Source of the DNA: Bdellovibrionales bacterium
GTDB taxonomy: Bacteria > Bdellovibrionota > Bdellovibrionia > Bdellovibrionales > CAYMLA01
Assembly (NCBI GenBank): GCA_965217115.1
Contig: OZ244239.1
Location: 1,472,001-1,536,000 of the forward strand
DNA length: 64,000 nt
Direction: 5' to 3'
Shown: one piece after another, positions 31,814 to 39,849 of the stretch
Layout: each line of letters starts with the position of its first letter
Position numbering within the stretch: position 1 is the stretch's first letter
Notes under the pieces: generated by a model
Seen by the model: the letters and a program-made list of their open reading frames with translations, nothing else
Databases searched by the model: none
What the model was told of the DNA's origin: nothing
Program-made: the position numbers and the translations under genes

Positions 31814-32695
31814 TTGCTTCATTCATTGAAAATTTATGCTGATTTAACTAAGTTTGGCATTGTGATCTTTTCTTTGATCACTGTTATTTTTGGCTATGCA
31901 TTGGGCTTTTCTGTAGATAAGCAATTTGATTTGGTTCATTTTTTAACGATGATATTTGGGTTTTACTTATTGTCATCGGGCAGTTTGGCCTTTAATCAGT
32001 TTCAGGAGTGGGAGAGAGACGCCAAGATGTTGCGAACCCAAGGGAGGGCTATCCCTTCGGGAAAGCTAAAGCCTGCTGCTGTCGCCGTATTGTCTTTTGT
32101 TTTTGTTTTCAGTGGCTTCAATATTTTAGCTCAAGCTTCTTTTAGTGCTGCGTTGGTGGGGCTTGTTTCAGTGGTTCTTTATAATGGTTTTTATACTTTG
32201 TGGTGGAAACCTAAGTGGACCTTTGGGGCTGTGCCAGGAGCAATCCCAGGGGCCCTACCTGTTGTGATTGGTTATGCCTCTTCACATCCAGATATTTTCA
32301 CGATTGAATGTGTGTATATTTTTTTATTGATGTTTTTATGGCAAATGCCTCATTTTTGGATCATCAGCTTAAAAATAAAAGATCAGTATAAAGAGGCTGG
32401 TTTCCCTGTTCTGCCTGTGGTTCTGGGGGAAGAAAAAACGGTCTATTATATTGGGTTGTATCTTTTTCCTTATTTGGGGCTGGCAATGGCAGCTCCTTGG
32501 TTTGTAAAGGTGCAGTGGCTCTACATAGGGTTGATCGTTCCTTTTGTGATTAAAATTTTGATAGAGTTTTTTTATTTTTTTAGGAAAGATCAAAAAAATT
32601 GGCTTTCATTTTTTATGTGGATCAATGTGAGTTTATTGGTTTTTTTGCTGGTTCCTATATTGGATCGATGGAGTTTTTTGATTATTTCTGATTGA
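31814..32695 (+). CDS. cyoE: Protoheme IX farnesyltransferase
   Basis: LTKFGI, DAKMLRTQGRAIPSG, GAIPGALP and WQMPHF motifs. Confidence 0.94.
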   Translation: MLHSLKIYADLTKFGIVIFSLITVIFGYALGFSVDKQFDLVHFLTMIFGFYLLSSGSLAFNQFQEWERDAKMLRTQGRAIPSGKLKPAAVAVLSFVFVFSGFNILAQASFSAALVGLVSVVLYNGFYTLWWKPKWTFGAVPGAIPGALPVVIGYASSHPDIFTIECVYIFLLMFLWQMPHFWIISLKIKDQYKEAGFPVLPVVLGEEKTVYYIGLYLFPYLGLAMAAPWFVKVQWLYIGLIVPFVIKILIEFFYFFRKDQKNWLSFFMWINVSLLVFLLVPILDRWSFLIISD

Positions 32696-33472
32696 GTTTT
32701 TATTTTTCCAAAGATTTTTGACCAGTGAATTTTTCAATCCTATTGGAATAGTGCCAAAAAGGCGTTTGAGAGCTTTTGTGTTGACCTGAAAACCTTTGGT
32801 TGCGATGAGAGATGATGGAACCATTTCTAAAGAAATTTTCTGTACGGGAGAGTTGGTAAAGATAGCTTCTCCTTTGGGGCTGAGAAGGCTTGTGAATTTT
32901 GTTTTTTTAAATTCAGTGAGAACTCGGTAGAGCTTCATCTTTTTGTAGTTTGTGGTGTTTTTTATGTAGGAGGAGCCAGGATAAACTCCAGCGTCTTCTT
33001 CAGCAATGGCGTTGTAGGAGAATCTGAATCCTGGTTTGAGACCATCCTCATCTTTTAGTAGCATGTAGACGAGGAATGAACTTAGAAAAGTTCCCTTGGG
33101 CAGGTCTTTTTTAATGGTTTTTTTTCGACCATTTTCTATAATGATAGCTCGCATTTTATTTTTTGAAAAAACAGCTCGAATTGACTTTGTCGTCTTGTTG
33201 ATAGCACCATTATATTTAAAGAAAAGGGGTTGTAATTTGTTATTGGCGGTGGCCGTGAGACTTTCAGTGACATTTCCAGCAAGAGAGTTGGTTTTTACAT
33301 AGGAAGTCACGCGCCATTGTTTTTTTTTCGGATCAAATTCATAGCGGGAAATGGAAAAGCCGACATGTTTTTTCCCTAATTTAATAGCGGAGTAGCTCTC
33401 TTGTAGGATCGTGGCCAGAGAGAAGGAGGTAATGAAGAAAATGAAAAAAATAAATGTCAAAAAGGGTTTCAT
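32633..33472 (-). CDS. Hypothetical secreted beta-rich protein
   Basis: ATG 33472 with AGGAG SD and a signal peptide (MKPFLTFIFF...SLA); the 3' end overlaps cyoE by 63 bp. Confidence 0.65.
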   Translation of the reverse strand: MKPFLTFIFFIFFITSFSLATILQESYSAIKLGKKHVGFSISRYEFDPKKKQWRVTSYVKTNSLAGNVTESLTATANNKLQPLFFKYNGAINKTTKSIRAVFSKNKMRAIIIENGRKKTIKKDLPKGTFLSSFLVYMLLKDEDGLKPGFRFSYNAIAEEDAGVYPGSSYIKNTTNYKKMKLYRVLTEFKKTKFTSLLSPKGEAIFTNSPVQKISLEMVPSSLIATKGFQVNTKALKRLFGTIPIGLKNSLVKNLWKNKNSIRNNQKTPSIQYRNQQKNQ

Positions 33473-33574
33473 CGGTAAAACTCCTAATGGGGCCGGTAGA
33501 GTTAACATGATGACTTTTATGGGAGACATAATCAACTTGGTTTTTAAGCTTTGAAGGACTAGTGTAGGGAGTAG

Positions 33575-35692
33575 ATGGGGTTGATAAAAATACAATGTTT
33601 AAGATCAAAACAAAATAAATGGCTAGGCTCTGAGTCAGGGCAGATATCAATATTTATTGCCTTGATTTTTCAAGTGCTCTTTGTCTTCTTTGCCATGGTG
33701 ATCAATGTGGGTCTCTTGGTTCACCATAAGATCAATCTACAAAATTCAGTGGATTTAGGAGCCTATTATGCCGCTTCTCGTCAGGCAGAGGTTCTTAATG
33801 CCATAGCCCATCAAAATTATCAAATTCGTCAAGCGTGGAAACTTTTAAGCTGGAGATATCGAGTCCTCGGCTCGGTGGGGTTTGCTGATCATCCATCTGA
33901 TCCATATGGAAGTGGAGATGATTCAGACACACTATGGACGAAGTCCCACTTTTTTGATCAACCAACGGGAGTGCCACCTCTCGTTTGTGTGACCCATACC
34001 CCGATGTGGAACAGAGGAGCCAGAGTAGGGAGGCAAAATCCTTGTCGTAAATTTTTTCAAAGTGGCGCCTTTAGAATAGTTCTACCAGCCGCTCCACGAA
34101 GTATTTTCCGTACAATAGGTGACACGCACAACTTAACATTAAACCTTAATGCAAGAGTAACAGAACAATGCCAACAAATGGGCATTGATAATTGGATGAT
34201 GGCCGCTCGTATTTTCCATGATTATAAGAATGATCAGGCTAACCGTAAATCTATTATTTATGCTTTGGCTGATGATTTGGGAAGAAGAAGAGAGGATTTT
34301 ACTGATTTAGATGGAAACTCTGTTGCTGAAGGGGTGAGAAAAACCATTTCTAAAAACCTCACAGATCCCAGTCGTGATGATTTCAATCAATCTAGCCGTC
34401 TTCAAGTTTTAAATGGTTTTGCTGTGGCTGGAGGATGTGAGGGAAGAAATTGGCTCTCTGAAATTAGGGTGGAGCCGACCCTTGCTTACGTAGATTCCGA
34501 ATGTACAAATTCAGGAGTTTTAGGAGCAAATATAAGGTATTTTGATAAACATGTGCATGAATTGCCGACGGAGATTGGGTTTTTAAGTTCTTTAGATCAG
34601 GCTCTGCTGTTGGACTTGCACTCTCAAGTTTCAACCGAACCCAGAACTCCAGGAAGTCCTAACTATTTATTGCATTCATCCCTAGGGGTGGAGAAGAACC
34701 CTTGGTGCATGGCTTATGTGGGAGTTAAAGCTCAGGTGACGCCCAAAATTCCCTTTTCTCCCCTGGGAGATATTACATTGGAAGCACGGGCTTTTGCCAA
34801 GCCTTTTGGAGGTAGAATTGGTCCGTGGTATATGTCGATGTGGCCCAGTGGCTCTGATCAATCTAATGGGGAGGAAATAGATAAACTATTGCCACCGAGG
34901 GTGGTGGGTAACGGTGGTAGCTCTGTTGACCCCAGGCGATGGCCGAATTACTCCCGTTTTCCAGGGGACACATTAGGAGTCAGTTCCAGAGCTGTGTTGA
35001 GTCAATATGGTAGTCAAATAAAAGGAATTAAAATTCGGTACCAAATGCTGGGACCTTTGATTGTTGATGTGAATGACGTTTCAAGTAGCGCTGGAGATGT
35101 ATTGTCGTCATCTGAGTGGGGCACTCTTACAGATGATGATAAAATAGAAGCGAATAAATTGCGCAATTTTGAGATTGCGGCGATATCTCCCGATATTTTT
35201 GACATTACTTATTACTCTATTGATGCGAATTATTCAGGAAATTACTTGATTCGTTTTGGAGATAATATTCATTCGAGTTCAGGGGAAAACCAAACCCCGA
35301 GAGGAGACATTGGTTCTCGGTTACCGAATTTATTTGTAAATGTGTCCCAACAAATAAATGTTTTGAATGGTCTTTTTAACAGCTCTTCTTTAGATAAAGA
35401 CAAACTTTACCATAAAATAACAAGTAAAGATAATTTACTAACAAGCTGGACTCAACTAACACCTAAAGATTACTCACTAAAAAGTGAACTCTTTGGCAAA
35501 TGCCTGTCTCCATCACCATCATCTCCTTTCCCAACGGGCCAGCCACCAAACCCAGGAGACTGCATCTCAGGAGGCCGTACAGGCTATTCAGTAAAACTTG
35601 TTGCCAAAGAATATTTAGAAAGCAAAGACCTCCCCCTAGGCGGAGGCCCAAACAAAGGCCCAATTAAAAACCCCCCCCCCCCTAATTTTTAA
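33575..35692 (+). CDS. TadG-like pilin-leader protein (Tad/Flp pilus-related), large C-terminal domain
   Basis: SESG/QISIFIALIF...INVGLLVHHKINLQNSVDLGAYYAA is the TadE/G N-terminal motif; multiple Cys. Confidence 0.82.
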   Translation: MGLIKIQCLRSKQNKWLGSESGQISIFIALIFQVLFVFFAMVINVGLLVHHKINLQNSVDLGAYYAASRQAEVLNAIAHQNYQIRQAWKLLSWRYRVLGSVGFADHPSDPYGSGDDSDTLWTKSHFFDQPTGVPPLVCVTHTPMWNRGARVGRQNPCRKFFQSGAFRIVLPAAPRSIFRTIGDTHNLTLNLNARVTEQCQQMGIDNWMMAARIFHDYKNDQANRKSIIYALADDLGRRREDFTDLDGNSVAEGVRKTISKNLTDPSRDDFNQSSRLQVLNGFAVAGGCEGRNWLSEIRVEPTLAYVDSECTNSGVLGANIRYFDKHVHELPTEIGFLSSLDQALLLDLHSQVSTEPRTPGSPNYLLHSSLGVEKNPWCMAYVGVKAQVTPKIPFSPLGDITLEARAFAKPFGGRIGPWYMSMWPSGSDQSNGEEIDKLLPPRVVGNGGSSVDPRRWPNYSRFPGDTLGVSSRAVLSQYGSQIKGIKIRYQMLGPLIVDVNDVSSSAGDVLSSSEWGTLTDDDKIEANKLRNFEIAAISPDIFDITYYSIDANYSGNYLIRFGDNIHSSSGENQTPRGDIGSRLPNLFVNVSQQINVLNGLFNSSSLDKDKLYHKITSKDNLLTSWTQLTPKDYSLKSELFGKCLSPSPSSPFPTGQPPNPGDCISGGRTGYSVKLVAKEYLESKDLPLGGGPNKGPIKNPPPPNF

Positions 35693-35703
35693 AACCAAAC
35701 TCT
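35686..35703 (+). repeat. Left direct repeat (att/target-like) of the islet
   Basis: tttttaaaaccaaactct spans the tadG-like stop codon and matches 38142-38158 with a 1-nt indel. Confidence 0.45.
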
Positions 35704-36008
35704 TTTTGTTTTTTAGTTTTTTGTATTTCTCAAGAGTGCTTTCCTTTAACCTATCCCTACACATATCTCTAATGGCTTTTTGCTGCCATTTCTTCCAAGT
35801 GTATGGGGTTTTATTCTCTAGGATTTCATCGAGATCTCTTCTAGAATTATTTTAAGATTCTTAGGCTCTATGTTAAAAAAAATACGAACTAAAGCCATTC
35901 TTTAATCTTAAGAATCTCACTAACTCTCTTTTGGACAATACCAAAAAAACCTATGTTCTTACAAGTTCCTTATTAGATTATAAATTTACATCAACAACTC
36001 TAATCATT

Positions 36009-36911
36009 TTATTCATCATTAAAATAGCTTAGGTCAATTTTTTTCACTTTATAATTAGCAACATCATCAACACCAAGACTATATTCAAACATAAACTCAA
36101 CAAGTTGAACTCCTGATATCAAAATAATTCGATTATCAATGCCTTTAACATATTCTAATGCATCTTTAGAGTAATCAGATGTGGTGATAAATATGCCTTT
36201 CTTAGCTCTCCTGCCTTGTAAAGCTCCTACAAACTTTTGAATTTCTGGCCTACCAACTGTACTGTCCCATCTTTTAGCTTGAATATAAATTACATCAAGC
36301 CCTAGCTTGTCTTCATTAATAACACCATCTATGCCACCATCTCTTGCTTTACCAACAACTTTACCTGCTTCGAGCCTAGAGCCGCCATATCCCATTTTTA
36401 CTATTAAGTCCACAACGAGTTGTTCAAAAAAATTTGGAGAGCATTCTTTTATTGTAAAAAGCATCTCACTGAGAAGCACTTCTTTTAGTTTTGAATACTC
36501 TGACTCAAGTTTTTCTTCAGGGGTCGATAAAATTTCAAGAGATATTTCATTCTCACTCTTTTCTGTGCTTACATCTCTAAAAGCTAAGAACTCAGGGAAT
36601 TTATTTAAATAGTTAACATCAATACTCTTAGGGTTTTCCTCTAAAACCTTTTTCCCACGATCTGTAATCACAAACACTCCATGGGACACTGTCTCTAACA
36701 ACCTAGCTTTCGTTAAATACGTTTTAGCCCAACCCACACGGTTATAAAATATTTTTTGTCCACCAGAGGGCAGCAGTTTATTTTGCTCATCTTCCGTTAA
36801 CTTAAAATTATCAGCCAATTTACTCACAAGTTTTGCTGTTTTCCAGTTCTCCCCATTAGAAGACATATTTAAAACTGGGAGCATTAAAGATTGGTAATCT
36901 GGTATGTTCAT
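36009..36911 (-). CDS. mrr: Mrr-family type IV (modification-dependent) restriction endonuclease
   Basis: Mrr_N (IPDYQSLMLPVL...LLPSG...NRVGWAKTYL) and Mrr_cat (DGGIDG...DKLGLDVIYIQAKRW...KGIFITTS). Confidence 0.95.
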   Translation of the reverse strand: MNIPDYQSLMLPVLNMSSNGENWKTAKLVSKLADNFKLTEDEQNKLLPSGGQKIFYNRVGWAKTYLTKARLLETVSHGVFVITDRGKKVLEENPKSIDVNYLNKFPEFLAFRDVSTEKSENEISLEILSTPEEKLESEYSKLKEVLLSEMLFTIKECSPNFFEQLVVDLIVKMGYGGSRLEAGKVVGKARDGGIDGVINEDKLGLDVIYIQAKRWDSTVGRPEIQKFVGALQGRRAKKGIFITTSDYSKDALEYVKGIDNRIILISGVQLVEFMFEYSLGVDDVANYKVKKIDLSYFNDE

Positions 36912-37103
36912 TCATTCCTCCCATTATATATGGTGTCATTTTTCAAATCATTCACAATAGCACCATACTTTCTAACAAAAGACTGACAAATACTATAAGA
37001 AATTTCATAAAGTGAAACTTAAAAAACTCTTCTCAAATTAAAAGTGATAACACTTGAGAATAATTGAATTTTTGAAAATAGCTATAAAAGACTAACGATC
37101 TTT

Positions 37104-37413
37104 GGCGCCACCACCCGCATGTCTGAACACGGAGATAAAAACCTCCGTTATTCCCAGTCATTCCCAATTTTCAGAAAGAGTGTTTCAAAGCTTTTCTTTT
37201 ATCCCTAAATCTCTCAGCCAGTTGCCAACGGCAACCGCCCCCGTTGTTCCCAGTCATTCACAGCTTTCAGACGAGAGTGTTTTAAAGGGGTTTTTATCTC
37301 CAGGTGAGTTCGGATTGGTGCGATGCTCGCAAAGCGAGCGGCGCTGCCACCCGCATGTCTGAACATGGAGATGAAAACCCCTTTAAAACACGCCTCCCTG
37401 CCAAAAGCTATTT
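37104..37413 (+). repeat. Composite repeat copy A: truncated right-arm fragment, one 96-bp unit, 148-bp hairpin element
   Basis: 37151-37413 is near-identical to 38395-38657 (offset 1244). Inverted arms 37277-37302 and 37366-37391 match at 25/26. Confidence 0.92.
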
Positions 37414-37535
37414 AGTGTATTAAAAGGACTCAAAACAGCTACATACCATATAATTTTTACCCAGTATCTTTGGCTTTCAAGAGTTGAAAAATAAAAAAAC
37501 TAAGTAATATCAAATAGATACAAACTCGTACCAAG

Positions 37536-37550
37536 TGGTATAAAAAATGC
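37536..37550 (+). promoter_or_regulatory. Putative sigma54 promoter of the secreted-protein gene
   Basis: TGGTAT-AAAAA-ATGC (GG-N10-GC), with an IHF-like TATCAA just upstream. Confidence 0.4.
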
Positions 37551-37609
37551 TCTGCAAGAAGAGATAATATAAATAAATTGTAATAAAAGCACATAACTTA
37601 GGAGTTGAA

Positions 37610-38131
37610 ATGAAAATTTTTATGATTGGGCTGAGCCTATTATTCTCTACAACTGTTTTTGGGTTACTAGAAAATTGTCCAGGGATAGGTTGTCCTGCAC
37701 CTACAACATCGGCACCATTAACTTCAGGGCCAATTTATGAAAGCCAAAAACCTTTTCGAGAGAAAGTAAAAAAACATTTTCAAGAGCAACTTCAAAAACT
37801 TGGTTACTCCATGGAACCTGGGTTTTCTCTTGTTATAAATAATATAGAACGTTCTCATTCTGCTGATGTTCTTGTGCGAAAGGGCACTATAGAGAGTAGT
37901 TTTTTATTAAATAGTAATGAGATTTGTACGAATAGAAGTTTTTTAAATGCCATCTTTTTTTGGTCATATGATGAGTCAAAGTATATAGCTATTAGTCCGT
38001 CTGATTTGGAAGAAAAACTATTATTTAAGTGTTTCAATGTAGAAACTGGAACTCAAAATTCAAGCTCCTTTTTACTTTCTTTTCCTTCTGATGAGGAAAC
38101 ACGTAATTTTCTAACCAAATCTCTTCGTTAA
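37610..38131 (+). CDS. Orphan secreted protein (173 aa)
   Basis: AGGAG SD, Sec signal peptide, mature N-terminus with CPGIGC; no recognisable family. Confidence 0.75.
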   Translation: MKIFMIGLSLLFSTTVFGLLENCPGIGCPAPTTSAPLTSGPIYESQKPFREKVKKHFQEQLQKLGYSMEPGFSLVINNIERSHSADVLVRKGTIESSFLLNSNEICTNRSFLNAIFFWSYDESKYIAISPSDLEEKLLFKCFNVETGTQNSSSFLLSFPSDEETRNFLTKSLR

Positions 38132-38141
38132 TGAGAGGTCC

Positions 38142-38158
38142 TTTTTAAACCAAACTCT
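38142..38158 (+). repeat. Right direct repeat (att/target-like) of the islet
   Basis: tttttaaaccaaactct. Confidence 0.45.
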
Positions 38159-38190
38159 GTTGACTAGTAGATTTCCCAAGTTTTCACCAC

Positions 38191-38223
38191 TGAGCAGCTG
38201 ACCAACAGCTGCTTCATTTTTTT
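38191..38223 (+). terminator. Rho-independent terminator
   Basis: gcagctg-accaa-cagctgc followed by ttcattttttt. Confidence 0.7.
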
Positions 38224-38657
38224 AGAAAAGAGCATTTCAAAGCTTTTCTTTTATCCCTAAATCTCTCAGCCAGTTGCCAACGGCAACCGCCCCCGTTATT
38301 CCCAGTCATTCCCAATTTTCAGAAAGAGTGTTTCAAAGCTTTTCTTTTATCCCTAAATCCCTCAGCCAGTTGCCAACGGCAACCGCCCCCGTTGTTCCCA
38401 GTCATTCCCAATTTTCAGAAAGAGTGTTTCAAAGCTTTTCTTTTATCCCTAAATCCCTCAGCCAGTTGCCAACGGCAACCGCCCCCGTTGTTCCCAGTCA
38501 TTCACAGCTTTCAGACGAGAGTGTTTTAAAGGGGTTTTTATCTCCAGGTGAGTTCGGATTGGTGCGATGCTCGCAAAGCGAGCGGCGCTGCCACCCGCAT
38601 GTCTGAACATGGAGATGAAAACCCCTTTAAAACACGCCTCCCTGCCAAAAGCTATTT
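38224..38657 (+). repeat. Composite repeat copy B: about 2.8 tandem 96-bp units plus 148-bp hairpin element
   Basis: Units at about 38224-38298 (partial), 38299-38394 and 38395-38490. The hairpin core 38506-38653 overlaps the cyclophilin TAG. Confidence 0.93.
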
Positions 38658-39152
38658 CTCAATAGTGAGGGAATTAATAAGAACATCCTCAACAGGCCGA
38701 TCCATCTCCCCCGTAGCTATCTTCCCAATAGTTTCGATAATATCCATACCCTCAACAACTTCGCCAAAGATAGAGTGTCGATTATCAAGCCAAGGAGTTG
38801 GAACAAGAGTTATAAAAAACTGACTTCCATTTGTGTTAGGCCCAGAGTTGGCCATTGATAGTAACCCTGATTTACTGTGTTGTAATTCAGGGTGAAATTC
38901 ATCTTCAAATCGATATCCAGGATCACCTGTCCCTTTTCCAAGAGGACAACCTCCTTGAATCATAAAATCACTGATAACTCGGTGAAAAATAAGGCCGTCA
39001 TAAAAAGGAGTGTCTTTTTTTTCTCCTTCAACGGAATACTCTTTACTGCCCTCGGCAAGACCAATGAAATTAGCCACTGTCTTTGGAGTTTTGTCATCAA
39101 AAAGATGAACTTTAAAAGTTCCAGAGGAAGTATTGAAATTAGCGTAGCTCAT
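38652..39152 (-). CDS. Cytoplasmic cyclophilin-type peptidyl-prolyl isomerase
   Basis: [30 protein letters not shown] and [10 protein letters not shown] motifs. Confidence 0.95.
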   Translation of the reverse strand: MSYANFNTSSGTFKVHLFDDKTPKTVANFIGLAEGSKEYSVEGEKKDTPFYDGLIFHRVISDFMIQGGCPLGKGTGDPGYRFEDEFHPELQHSKSGLLSMANSGPNTNGSQFFITLVPTPWLDNRHSIFGEVVEGMDIIETIGKIATGEMDRPVEDVLINSLTIEK

Positions 39153-39156
39153 GAAA

Positions 39157-39792
39157 TTACTCCTTTATGATGGTGACGTTACTCATACGTACTGTTTTTA
39201 AAGGTCTGTCGCCTTTTTGTGTTTTCGTTAGGCCTATTTTTTTTACAAGATCCATTCCTTTAATAACTTTTCCAAAGACAGTGTGACGGCCATCGAGCCA
39301 GGGCGTGGGGACGAGTGTGATAAAAAACTGACTTCCATTCGTATTAGGACCAGCATTGGCCATGGAAAGAACTCCAAAGGCGTCGTGTTTTAAGGATGAG
39401 TTGATTTCATCGGAAAAACTGTAACCAGGGCCACCTTGGCCAGACCCTTGTGGATCGCCCCCCTGAATCATAAAATCTTTAATAACTCGGTGAAAAATCA
39501 AGTTATTGTAGAATTTTTTGCCCTTATACTTTGAAGAAACTTTTTTATTTGTTCCTTCGGCGAGGGAGACAAAGTTTTTTACTGTTTTCGGAGCTTTCTT
39601 GTTGAAGAGTTTAATTTTTATTTGTCCGAGTTTTTTCTTTTCTTGAGTGATATCCATAACAGCGTAGATGTTTTTATAAGTTTTTATATTGGTTGTCGCT
39701 TTGGCTTGAGCATGGAAATTTAAATTCACAAGAACAAAGGAAATGACGTAGACAAGAAGGATTTGGTTTATTTTTTTTAACAATGAGGACAT
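39157..39792 (-). CDS. Exported cyclophilin-type peptidyl-prolyl isomerase
   Basis: Signal peptide (ATG 39792 with AAGGAG SD), [15 protein letters not shown] and [17 protein letters not shown] motifs. Confidence 0.93.
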   Translation of the reverse strand: MSSLLKKINQILLVYVISFVLVNLNFHAQAKATTNIKTYKNIYAVMDITQEKKKLGQIKIKLFNKKAPKTVKNFVSLAEGTNKKVSSKYKGKKFYNNLIFHRVIKDFMIQGGDPQGSGQGGPGYSFSDEINSSLKHDAFGVLSMANAGPNTNGSQFFITLVPTPWLDGRHTVFGKVIKGMDLVKKIGLTKTQKGDRPLKTVRMSNVTIIKE

Positions 39793-39849
39793 AGTAATCT
39801 CCTTAGATGTGAGTGACTCATCGATCATTTGTCGAGAGTGGAGAGCAGG

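Larger units (their letters stand above)
35686..38158. mobile_element. Putative integrase-less islet (mrr, repeat element, secreted-protein gene)
   Basis: Flanking 17/18-bp direct repeats, defence cargo, atypical composition and a gene remnant; no mobility gene inside. Confidence 0.4.

Noticed and set aside
35851..35878. dif site or replication terminus (ctatgttaaaa resembles the XerD arm)
   Set aside because: There is no XerC arm, and the skew change reverts within about 3.5 kb.
37262..37409. Retron msr-msd, integron attC or 6S RNA
   Set aside because: No reverse transcriptase or integron integrase in the window and no RYYYAAC/GTTRRRY ends. Multiple local copies are unlike single-copy 6S.
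38224..38505. CRISPR array
   Set aside because: The units are 96-bp near-identical tandem copies with no unique spacers, and there are no cas genes in the window.
37102..38823. ORFs 37102-37362, 38274-38606 and 38548-38823 as proteins
   Set aside because: They arise because the non-coding repeat unit is a multiple of 3. Starts are weak, there is no SD, and conservation is better explained by the DNA/RNA hairpins.
38760..39500. DGR template/variable repeat pair between the two cyclophilins
   Set aside because: Shared stretches are ordinary paralog conservation, differences are not adenine-specific, and there is no RT.
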